Virus record (IMG/VR): IMGVR_UViG_3300044712_001937
Coordinates: 186,001 to 250,000 of that record
Length of the DNA: 64,000 nucleotides
Reading direction: 5' to 3' (one strand)
The notes under the pieces are model-generated. The model had not been told where the DNA came from. It worked only from the letters and a program-made list of their open reading frames with translations, and did no database searches. Of the stretch, positions 30,278 through 38,621 are shown one piece after another; the stretch's first letter is position 1; each line of letters starts with the position of its first letter. The translations under genes and the position numbers were made by a program.

Positions 30278-30493
30278 ATGTATGATATTAAGATAACTAA
30301 ACCAATATTAAATCTATTCAACGAATGTTTAACAAATGTTGAATTCTTGAATGATTTAGAAAAATTTGACCCAGATTATAAAGGTAATGAACCAACCAAA
30401 AATATGAGTGATTTTAAAAAGGTTATTTATGCATGTGTTTATGAAGGTTGGTTAATTGGAAGAAAAGAATATGATGAAAATAAATATCGATAA
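30278..30493 (+). CDS. Hypothetical protein
   Basis: ORF in run. Confidence 0.65.
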   Translation: MYDIKITKPILNLFNECLTNVEFLNDLEKFDPDYKGNEPTKNMSDFKKVIYACVYEGWLIGRKEYDENKYR

Positions 30494-30515
30494 TAAACTA
30501 AAAACTAATAATATA

Positions 30516-30796
30516 GTGTTTATATTTAGAGAAATCGTAAAAAACAAGAGTTTTATTTAACTGTAACTGCCGGAACTAATTTAGGTAATTATTTACCAAT
30601 TGGTCATTACGTAAAAGAAACTTATCGTGATGGTTCATATAAATGGTTTAAAGTTACTGAACGCAATGATAAATTTAATAAGTTTCCTCTTGAATTAGTT
30701 GAGGAAGAACAAGCTAATCTTCTTGATGAACTTCAACTTCAATATTTAAAAGAAGTTTACGGTAAAGATTCCGAATTAGTAGAAAAATATCTATAA
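30516..30796 (+). pseudogene. Probable frameshifted ORF (one A missing in A6 run)
   Basis: About 86 open codons without a start; joins GTG 30516 if one A is added at 30539-30544. Confidence 0.4.
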
Positions 30797-30807
30797 AAAT
30801 AATTAAC

Positions 30808-31098
30808 ATGAAAAATAAAAATTTTGTAATTTCTAATACTCCAGCAAAACTACCAATTCAAAGTACTATTTTATATTCATTTTTACTTTATTATTTTAAT
30901 GTAGATAATCTTTGGTGGGGTATTTTCATCACATTAATGTTAATTTGGTGGGCAATATCATTTTATGCAATATTCCACCAAGTTATAATTGATTTAAATT
31001 CAAATAAATTGGATGAAAATCTTGAAAAGATTGAAAATAAAAGTAATTTTGTTTTAATTTTACAAAATTTAATTAAAGAATTTAATAAAAATAAGTAA
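30808..31098 (+). CDS. Small membrane protein
   Basis: Two hydrophobic helices. Confidence 0.65.
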   Translation: MKNKNFVISNTPAKLPIQSTILYSFLLYYFNVDNLWWGIFITLMLIWWAISFYAIFHQVIIDLNSNKLDENLEKIENKSNFVLILQNLIKEFNKNK

Positions 31099-31100
31099 TA

Positions 31101-31412
31101 ATGGGATTAAAAACTTGGCAATTATCATCAGATGAAAATTTGACTGATGATGACAGACGAAAAATTGCAAATGAAATTATCCAAGGCAGTAATGGTGGAA
31201 TGTTTTATAGTGTACTTGAAAATAAAACTTCAAATCAATTAAACGAAATTCATTCTATTACACCAATTAGTATTATTGATGACTGTAAAGCTTTAATTAA
31301 ACAAGGTAGCATCTTAGCAGCAGTTAAATTCTATAAAGAAGAAACTGGCACAGGTTTAAGAGAAGCTAAAGATTTTATCGATAATTTACGTGAAGATTTA
31401 AAAAATAATTGA
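31101..31412 (+). CDS. Protein with ribosomal L7/L12 C-terminal-domain-like motif
   Basis: ILAAVKFYKEETGTGLREAKDFIDNL. Confidence 0.7.
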   Translation: MGLKTWQLSSDENLTDDDRRKIANEIIQGSNGGMFYSVLENKTSNQLNEIHSITPISIIDDCKALIKQGSILAAVKFYKEETGTGLREAKDFIDNLREDLKNN

Positions 31413-31416
31413 AAAT

Positions 31417-32865
31417 ATGAGTGATATTATCTTAACAAGAAAAATAAAACTTGGTGTTTATGTTCCAGAAATTATTGTTGATGAAAAAGAACGTAAAACA
31501 TATAAAGATTTTGTTTGGAGTTTATTACGGAATATTAATCGACAGAATTTTGAATTTCATAATCTATTAGTAAAAAAACTAATTGAAATTGATGCTATAA
31601 TTTCCTCTCGATTAAGTGTAGATGATAAATTTATCAAATTAAAAAATAATTATTTTAAAGATAAAAAAGTATCAAAACCTTATTTTGATTATATCAAACA
31701 AACACAAAAAGAATATATTGAATCGTTAAGTTATAAAAATATTAATTCTTATATTTATAATTATTTAGTTCAATATATTAAATCATTATCTGATGAACAA
31801 CAATTAATTAATTCATATTCTTATTGCGCAATATCTAAAAATGTTTGTGATAAATATAATGATGATTTATTTGATGTAAATAGAGGTATAAAAAACGTTG
31901 CCTTTTATAAAAATACTCAACCAATTCCTATTAATATAAAAGCACCTTCATATATTGATGAAAAAGGAGTTAAATCAAAATCATTGGGAAAGTTTTGGTT
32001 TAATAAACATGAAGATAAATATGTCTTTAAATTTAAATCTTCAAAAAAACATGATATTGAATTATTACTTTTATTTGGTAAAGATAGAAGTAATAATAGA
32101 ATTATGATTGATAGAATCTATAATAATGATTCTAATTATAAAATTTGTGATTCTGATATTCAAATTATAGATAATGAAATATTTTTATTATTAACAATAA
32201 AACAATTTAATATTGAAAATAAAATTCTCGATAAAAATAAGGTATTAGGAGTTGATTTAGGTATTAAATGTGCTGCATATATTGCTACAAATAATTCATT
32301 AGAAAGACAACAAATAGGTTCTAAAGAATTTGTACTATTAAAAACTAAATTGCAAATTGAAAAAGATAAAAGATTACTTCAACGAAATTCAATATTTTCA
32401 AAATCAGGGCATGGAAGAACAAGAAAACTTCAAAAATTAAATGATTTTAAAGAATATGAAAAGAATTTTAGAAATACTTTTAACCATCAAATATCTTCTG
32501 AAATTATAAGTCATGCAATTAAATGGAATTGTGGTCAAATTAATGTAGAAGATTTATCAGCAATACCTTTAGAAGAAAAAAATAAAAGAATTCTTCGTAA
32601 TTGGGCATATTTTGATTTATTAAATAAAATTGAATATAAAGCTAAAAAAAATGGAATAAACTTTTTAAAAGTTAATCCAGCATATACATCCCAAATATGT
32701 AATGTTTGTGGGAAAAAAGGTGAACGAATAAAACAAGATACTTTTATTTGTATTAATCAGGATTGTAAATTTCACGATAAACCAATTAATGCAGATTATA
32801 ATGCAGCAATTAATATTGCAAAAAATATTAACATAAAAAAAGAAGAAATTGTATCAATATCCTAA
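31417..32865 (+). CDS. cas12f: Compact type V effector (Cas12f/TnpB family), 482 aa
   Basis: RuvC-I VLGVDLG; RuvC-II NVEDLS; Zn finger TSQICNVCG...CINQDC; RuvC-III NADYNAA; adjacent array and anti-repeat. Confidence 0.85.
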   Translation: MSDIILTRKIKLGVYVPEIIVDEKERKTYKDFVWSLLRNINRQNFEFHNLLVKKLIEIDAIISSRLSVDDKFIKLKNNYFKDKKVSKPYFDYIKQTQKEYIESLSYKNINSYIYNYLVQYIKSLSDEQQLINSYSYCAISKNVCDKYNDDLFDVNRGIKNVAFYKNTQPIPINIKAPSYIDEKGVKSKSLGKFWFNKHEDKYVFKFKSSKKHDIELLLLFGKDRSNNRIMIDRIYNNDSNYKICDSDIQIIDNEIFLLLTIKQFNIENKILDKNKVLGVDLGIKCAAYIATNNSLERQQIGSKEFVLLKTKLQIEKDKRLLQRNSIFSKSGHGRTRKLQKLNDFKEYEKNFRNTFNHQISSEIISHAIKWNCGQINVEDLSAIPLEEKNKRILRNWAYFDLLNKIEYKAKKNGINFLKVNPAYTSQICNVCGKKGERIKQDTFICINQDCKFHDKPINADYNAAINIAKNINIKKEEIVSIS

Positions 32866-32889
32866 AATTATATTATATTTGTATCATCA

Positions 32890-33070
32890 TTTTGAATTTA
32901 AGTTCTTTGATATAATTGATATTATTGTTTTTAGTTAAACAATAATTATGGCTGGTTGTACAGCCAAAAGTGAGGTCGAAACCTAAAAAATGAATAATTT
33001 TGAGCAAAGTTTCATAGAACACTCACTAAATATCTTTCATTATTTTTAAATAAAATATTAATTTACAACA
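32890..33070 (+). ncRNA. Putative tracrRNA
   Basis: TATATTTG at 32874-32881; hairpins GGCTG-GTTGTA-CAGCC and AGGT-CGAA-ACCT; anti-repeats TATCTTTCA (33031) and TTTACAAC (33062); 5' end approximate. Confidence 0.65.
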
Positions 33071-33086
33071 AATTACATAAAGGTAT

Positions 33087-33451
33087 GTTGTAAACAACCA
33101 CAAATTGAAAGGTACTTACAACTATTTGGACATAGAAGTACTGATTATATCAGTTGTAAACAACCACAAATTGAAAGGTACTTACAACTCATTACTTACC
33201 TGCCTTTCTTTTATCTAAGTTGTAAACAACCACAAATTGAAAGGTACTTACAACGTGCTGGTAGTCCTCAGATTCGTTTAATTGTTGTAAACAACCACAA
33301 ATTGAAAGGTACTTACAACTATTCAATATACAAGAAATGTATTAAAAGAGTTGTAAACAACCACAAATTGAAAGGTACTTACAACCTATGGTTAGGATAC
33401 TGTTATTTTTTTCATGTTGTAAACAACCACAAATTGAAAGGTACTTACAAC
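33087..33451 (+). CRISPR. CRISPR array: 6 identical 36-nt repeats, 5 spacers (30,30,29,30,30 nt)
   Basis: Repeat GTTGTAAACAACCACAAATTGAAAGGTACTTACAAC at 33087, 33153, 33219, 33284, 33350, 33416. Confidence 0.98.
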
Positions 33452-33487
33452 AGTAGGAGAAGTTCGGGTTCGATTCCCACTACTCTA
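33452..33487 (+). pseudogene. tRNA T-arm remnant
   Basis: GGG-TTCGATT-CCC directly after the last repeat. Confidence 0.4.
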
Positions 33488-33500
33488 TTAAAATTAATTT

Positions 33501-33596
33501 GGTGCTGTTTGTAATGTTGGCTATACATTTTGTCCATGAAGCGTAAAGTGAAGTATGGCAAGCTCAACGTAGGTTCAATTCCTACCAGCACCACCA
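33501..33596 (+). tRNA. 96-nt tRNA-like RNA with encoded CCA and non-canonical anticodon arm
   Basis: GGTGCTG/CAGCACC-A-CCA; D-stem TGTA/TACA; T-arm GTAGG-TTCAATT-CCTAC. Confidence 0.75.
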
Positions 33597-33795
33597 AAAA
33601 ACCAACCGTTATACAGTATAAGCACTGATGTACCTAATAGTGAAGGTGTGATATGCATGAAAGCAAATTATTGTTGTGGGACGGCAATGGTTGTACAGGG
33701 AGTGTACCCTACACTCATAGGGACTGTGTAGATAAATCCTTTACTTGACTGGAAACTCATTTATGAAGAATCAAAAGGTCAGGTAAAGGATTTTT
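33597..33795 (+). ncRNA. Unidentified structured RNA or long terminator
   Basis: GC-enriched non-coding stretch; CAACCGTT/AATGGTTG; GAGTGTA/TACACTC overlapping CCCT/AGGG; AATCCTTTACTTGAC/GTCAGGTAAAGGATT. Confidence 0.5.
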
Positions 33796-35231
33796 CATAA
33801 ATTTGGATATATGGTGTTATAACATAATTGAGCAATTAATTTATGTCCAAGATTTGTACTATGTACTTTATCGTTTAAATAGTAAGTTGTATTATCGGCA
33901 TCAACCAATCCATTAAAAGCTGCATTAGTTGTAATAGGAATTGATATATAATTATTTTCTATTTGACCATTATCTATTAGAATATTTAACGCCTGTGATA
34001 TAGTCCAAAAAGTATCCCATTGACCTGCTGTATACCCAGCAGGTTTCATTGGTCTATTATGTATAACATATGTTTTAAAACCTTTAGCATTAGATGCGTT
34101 AACCAAGTTTATGATGTTAGCATAAATATAATTTTCATTTTTACCCGAAATTAAATCATTAGCACCAATCCAAATAATACTTATATTTTTTTGATAAGAC
34201 AAGTTATAAGCTGCATCTAAATGTGCTTGATAGTTAATTTTCATATCATCACTATTTTGACCGGGGACTGCATCATTAGTTAATATTCTCATTTTAGCCC
34301 CCATTAACAGAGTTTTCAGTTCAGTAGGATAATCTGTAGTAGCTCCTGCATATGCATAACTTAATGAATCACCATCAGTTAATATATTAATGGAATATGG
34401 AATTTTGGGTGTTATTGAATCAACAAGCAAATACTCAAAATCATCGGAAATTGTTTTGTTTAATTTTGAAAAAATAAAAAAATCAGCAGTAGTACCATTA
34501 CAAGAAAAAGCAGCTCCATTGTTTCGAGAAAATAAATTAAGTGTATTTGTTGTATTTGAATTAGCAATTAATGTTCCATTTCTACCAGATAATATTAAAT
34601 TTCTATTTTTGTACAATTCAGCTCTATCATCATTATATATCCATCGAGCTATCATTTTATCTAAACCCCAATTAGTAACAGTTGCATTACCTCCATTATC
34701 TACAGTAGTACGTCTTACAGCCCATGTATATCCATAATTTTGATGTAAATAATTTCCGTTTACTGATAAAACATTTGTTCCATGTTCCATCATAAGCCCA
34801 GCAGGTGCTTGGAAATTGCCAGTTAGAAAGACATCTATCCAAGTTGGTAATACTAATCCAGCAATATTAGATGTTTTATTAGTAACATTTGCCGATGGTT
34901 TGTTATTTAAAGTAACATCAGTGATATTGTATAAATATTGTTTTGCTGTATCAGTTTGTATTTCATGAGCTGTAGAAAATAAATTATATCTTTTTACAAT
35001 CTTATTATCTGTAATTTTTATTCCTGCCCTTGTTGATAATCCAACTAATCCTGACGAATTAATATTATTATTTTTACAAAATTTTAATATATTATTTACA
35101 TAATTTAAATCATTAATAATTCCTCCATCTGCTTCAACCATCTTCTTATATAATAATGTTTCAGATAACAATATATCATCATTTCTTCCAACTCCAATTT
35201 TATTTGCAATACCAATAGTTAAACGTCCCAT
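33795..35231 (-). CDS. SGNH/GDSL hydrolase with beta-rich N-terminal domain
   Basis: Block I TDGDSLS; block III IGANDL; block V DKVHST. Confidence 0.8.
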   Translation of the reverse strand: MGRLTIGIANKIGVGRNDDILLSETLLYKKMVEADGGIINDLNYVNNILKFCKNNNINSSGLVGLSTRAGIKITDNKIVKRYNLFSTAHEIQTDTAKQYLYNITDVTLNNKPSANVTNKTSNIAGLVLPTWIDVFLTGNFQAPAGLMMEHGTNVLSVNGNYLHQNYGYTWAVRRTTVDNGGNATVTNWGLDKMIARWIYNDDRAELYKNRNLILSGRNGTLIANSNTTNTLNLFSRNNGAAFSCNGTTADFFIFSKLNKTISDDFEYLLVDSITPKIPYSINILTDGDSLSYAYAGATTDYPTELKTLLMGAKMRILTNDAVPGQNSDDMKINYQAHLDAAYNLSYQKNISIIWIGANDLISGKNENYIYANIINLVNASNAKGFKTYVIHNRPMKPAGYTAGQWDTFWTISQALNILIDNGQIENNYISIPITTNAAFNGLVDADNTTYYLNDKVHSTNLGHKLIAQLCYNTIYPNL

Positions 35232-35234
35232 ATA

Positions 35235-35525
35235 TTATCTTCCAACTTGAATAATTGTTGCAGTATTACCACTATGAGCAATTATTTTTTTACATTTTAT
35301 GATATTCCAACCATCACCAGCATTGCTAAATTTAGTACGAATTGATTGGTTTTGATTTAATGGAACAACTGTTAACATACCTTCATCACCATTTACTTTA
35401 ATATAAAAACCAAAACCTGAATTATCAATATAACTTTCAGTAAGTAAATTTACACCAATATCTATACATTCTGATACATTTCCTATATCACTATCTTTAT
35501 TACTTGTTAAATAATTTTGTGCCAT
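35235..35525 (-). CDS. Small hypothetical protein, possibly virion-associated
   Basis: Coupled to the SGNH gene. Confidence 0.7.
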   Translation of the reverse strand: MAQNYLTSNKDSDIGNVSECIDIGVNLLTESYIDNSGFGFYIKVNGDEGMLTVVPLNQNQSIRTKFSNAGDGWNIIKCKKIIAHSGNTATIIQVGR

Positions 35526-35633
35526 ACTTATTAAATTTATTAATAAATACTTAATTTATTATAAAATATATTGATATATGTAACTAAAATTTTTTAATTT
35601 CGTATATTTACCTGAAATTAAATCATTATTTAT

Positions 35634-36017
35634 ATGGAAGCTAATTTTGAACATGAAACAATTAAAATTCCTGATTTTATTTTACTTAAAGAAAGTATTA
35701 AAGAAAATAAACAATTATTAGTTCAGATTGGTCAGTTAAAAGGTGAAATTGATTATTTAAATAATTGTATTAAAGAACTACAAATAAAAGATAAAATTAC
35801 CCAAGGTAATGAAATTGTCGCTAAAATAAAAAAAGAAGAAATGTATACGTTATTAAAAAAACGTAATAATCAATTAGCTAAAAGAGTAAATAGGCAACTT
35901 AAAATAATAAGTAATTTATCTGCTCAAAATATTCAACTTCAAAATAATATTGATTCATTAAAACTTTCTAATGATTTCTCTTTATTTATACCATTAGATA
36001 AAGTAAACAAACTTTAA
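35634..36017 (+). CDS. Coiled-coil hypothetical protein
   Basis: Behind promoter motif at 35580. Confidence 0.7.
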   Translation: MEANFEHETIKIPDFILLKESIKENKQLLVQIGQLKGEIDYLNNCIKELQIKDKITQGNEIVAKIKKEEMYTLLKKRNNQLAKRVNRQLKIISNLSAQNIQLQNNIDSLKLSNDFSLFIPLDKVNKL

Positions 36018-36195
36018 ATAATATTAGTTTATGAATAAAGTATATGTGAATGGTTTTGTCTGGTATGCTGATATAAGCAATAGAATGCTCTATGAAGATT
36101 TAAATAAAACATCCGGTACTTCATTTAAATTTCTTACTGATAATGAAATCAAACAAATTAATGATTCTATTAAATATCCACGTAAATCTTAACAT

Positions 36196-36480
36196 ATGAA
36201 AAATACAAGTTTCGCTTTATATTATATATTAATTTCTATATTTGGTATTGCAATCTTATATATTTTATATATTTCTGTAATTAATCCATTTTCCGGTGTT
36301 AATCAAAAAGTTGTTAATGGAAATTTAATCACAACAGGCATTTATAAAGGAAAAGAAATATTCATATTTAAAGATACTATTCATAGTTTTAGTAATGATA
36401 CAATAAAATACATTCGATATCATCAGGCATTAAATGAAATTAATGCATATGTTAGATTTGAAACCAAAATATGTAAATAA
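36196..36480 (+). CDS. Membrane-anchored hypothetical protein
   Basis: N-terminal TM segment. Confidence 0.65.
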   Translation: MKNTSFALYYILISIFGIAILYILYISVINPFSGVNQKVVNGNLITTGIYKGKEIFIFKDTIHSFSNDTIKYIRYHQALNEINAYVRFETKICK

Positions 36481-36482
36481 TT

Positions 36483-36929
36483 ATGAAATATCAAATTCTC
36501 GCAATTATACATGTTAAATCTGATTTTCCTAAACTTCTGGAGTTTGGAATGGAACATACAGATTTAAATGATTCTATTGAAGCAATGAAGATTTGTGATT
36601 CAGAAGGTGATGCTCATAAATTCTTAATTGAAAAAGCTAAATTATATAATGAAAGACATTTCGGAAATGAAACCGATTTGAAATTAATGCTCAATGAAAT
36701 TGAAATGGGTTGTTTAACTCTTAATGGAGTTACTGCCTACATTTCCGAAGTAGAAGAATGTTATATTATTAGAGTTAAAGAATCCGGAACTGAAATTCAA
36801 CATTACGATAATATTGAAGATGCAAGAATTGGACTTTCAACTTTTGAAGATATTGATATTATTGAAGGAAATTATACTGAAAACTATTATGAAATTTTTG
36901 ATACTTTAACCAATAAAATTGTTGAGTGA
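36483..36929 (+). CDS. Hypothetical protein
   Basis: ORF in run. Confidence 0.7.
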   Translation: MKYQILAIIHVKSDFPKLLEFGMEHTDLNDSIEAMKICDSEGDAHKFLIEKAKLYNERHFGNETDLKLMLNEIEMGCLTLNGVTAYISEVEECYIIRVKESGTEIQHYDNIEDARIGLSTFEDIDIIEGNYTENYYEIFDTLTNKIVE

Positions 36930-37156
36930 TGGTAAATAGTTTAAATAGCCGAATTGTAGAATTAACCAAAATGATTGATGAGTTTGATAAAAAATTTGGA
37001 GAAATAGATGTTAAAACATTAAATCCAAAAGATAGAACTGCATTAGTTAAACTCAAAAAACAGATTAATAAATTTCGTCAACAAAAAAAATCAATGCAAG
37101 ATACATTGAATATGATGAAAAAATTTGGTGCAACTGATATAATAATTGGTGATTAG
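36926..37156 (+). CDS. Coiled-coil hypothetical protein
   Basis: ORF in run. Confidence 0.65.
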   Translation: MMVNSLNSRIVELTKMIDEFDKKFGEIDVKTLNPKDRTALVKLKKQINKFRQQKKSMQDTLNMMKKFGATDIIIGD

Positions 37157-37260
37157 TAGATTTTACATAGATAAACTACAAATACTCGATTATCTATTCA
37201 TAATTTGCAACAATTTCATTTGAAATTCGTAATTCAACAAAACATTAAAACAATTTCAAT

Positions 37261-37449
37261 ATGAAAACATTATTTAAAATCTTAATAGTATTAATCATTG
37301 CACTATTCGTAATTGATTATTTTCATCCTGATGGAAAGATATTCCATAAAGCAGGTAAAGTTGGAAAAACAATCATAAAAGAAGCTCCTGCCAAAATAGG
37401 TAAAGCCTATAATGAGGTTAAAGAAGGTGTTCAAGACTCAACCAAATAA
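37261..37449 (+). CDS. Small membrane protein
   Basis: Behind promoter motif at 37207. Confidence 0.65.
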   Translation: MKTLFKILIVLIIALFVIDYFHPDGKIFHKAGKVGKTIIKEAPAKIGKAYNEVKEGVQDSTK

Positions 37450-37687
37450 GATAAAAATGGAAGGAACATATTTCGTAATCAGAAATTCAGATGGTGAAAC
37501 TACTGTCAGAATTATAAGTAAAGAACAATTACTTGAAGATATTGAAAATGGTGAGTTTGGAGATGTATTGACGGAAATTCCCGAAAACTCCGATACTAAT
37601 TATTGGGGAGAAAGTGTACTTATAATTAAAGGAAAATTAGTAGTACCAATAGCAGAACAAGTAGTGACTAAATACAGTATTGAATAA
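37412..37687 (+). CDS. Hypothetical protein (start probably 37457)
   Basis: ORF in run. Confidence 0.65.
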   Translation: MRLKKVFKTQPNKIKMEGTYFVIRNSDGETTVRIISKEQLLEDIENGEFGDVLTEIPENSDTNYWGESVLIIKGKLVVPIAEQVVTKYSIE

Positions 37688-37950
37688 ATTTAATTAAAAT
37701 ATATGATAAAGAAAAAATGGAAATGGGTAATTGACCAATGGTTAGAAGATAAAGTTTGGGTGAATATTCCAAAAGAACATCAAAGTCCTCATTTTTTCTT
37801 TTTACTTGGTTTTGTAACAGCAATCATAATTTTTACTCTTATAACTTTAATTTAAAATATTAACAGCATATGGGCAATGCAATGAACCCACAATAATCGA
37901 TAATGTTTCTGTCTATTGTGGTTATTTAATATTGGTAACACTTATAATTT

Positions 37951-38190
37951 ATGATGGGTCGTGAAGTAAAAAATCAAAAAGGTGAATATTTTACACTTAC
38001 TGAAGATGAAGAAAAATATGTAAGAGCATTAGAACGATTAAGTAAAATGAATCCCGGAAGAATACAACTAATGGCAAACGGTACAATTAGTATCCGAATA
38101 AATGGAATATGGCATAACGATAGCATAGATGGACATCATAAAGCATTTTCAATTCAATGCGAAGGCGGTGACGGGGGTGATAATTATTAA
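37951..38190 (+). CDS. Hypothetical protein
   Basis: ORF in run. Confidence 0.7.
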   Translation: MMGREVKNQKGEYFTLTEDEEKYVRALERLSKMNPGRIQLMANGTISIRINGIWHNDSIDGHHKAFSIQCEGGDGGDNY

Positions 38191-38247
38191 TTTCTTTTTA
38201 ACTTATATATTAAATAAATTACCATAAACCTTAATAAAATAAATATT

Positions 38248-38619
38248 ATGCCAACAATTAAAATTGAAAAAACATTCGAGATTAGCAACCAAGATATTGA
38301 AGACCTTTTAGTTACAGCATTTGAAGGTGGAATAAATTATTGGTGTGATAAAGTTATCATTAAAGAATATCCGGAGTCATTAGAAGATAAAAATATGTTA
38401 GCTTCTGATATATTGGCTCATGGTGCAGTTTTAACTTTATGTGATGCTGAAAGTTCTGATAAATGGGATTTAACATTAGATAAATTTACCCAAGGTTTAA
38501 AAATGCATCTCGAAAATACTGAATATTCCAGCATGGAAGATTTAATGGATTCTTATGATGCAAATGATGCAGATTGTATTATTCAATATGCTATATTTAA
38601 CGAATTAATATTTGGATAA
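38248..38619 (+). CDS. Acidic hypothetical phage protein
   Basis: AFEGGINYW...DADCIIQYAIFNELIFG. Confidence 0.75.
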   Translation: MPTIKIEKTFEISNQDIEDLLVTAFEGGINYWCDKVIIKEYPESLEDKNMLASDILAHGAVLTLCDAESSDKWDLTLDKFTQGLKMHLENTEYSSMEDLMDSYDANDADCIIQYAIFNELIFG

Positions 38620-38621
38620 TT

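Noticed and set aside
31417-32865. IS200/IS605 TnpB transposon interpretation
   Set aside because: No tnpA and no evident transposon end hairpins; the array and bipartite anti-repeat favour Cas12f. A nuclease-dead (TldR/dCas12f) reading is also unlikely because D, E and D are intact.
33255-33264. First 10 nt of spacer 3 (GTGCTGGTAG) exactly complement 33582-33591 of the adjacent tRNA-like RNA
   Set aside because: Only 10 nt, the rest does not match, and the flank (TGGTG) is not a T-rich Cas12f-type PAM. Chance cannot be excluded.
33321-33333. 13-nt match of spacer 4 (ATTCAATATACAA) to 25975-25987, as possible self-targeting
   Set aside because: An AT-rich 13-mer is expected by chance in this window, and the extension needs gaps.
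33302-33514. 70-aa ORF in the ORF track
   Set aside because: Lies across CRISPR repeats and spacers and has no coding context.
33622-33665. Hammerhead ribozyme core (CTGATG...GAAA)
   Set aside because: Reads CTGATGT rather than CTGANGA, and GAAA does not follow stem II directly.
33501-33795. tmRNA (standard or permuted)
   Set aside because: No G3-U70 pair, no tag ORF between the acceptor strands, and the order does not fit a permuted gene.
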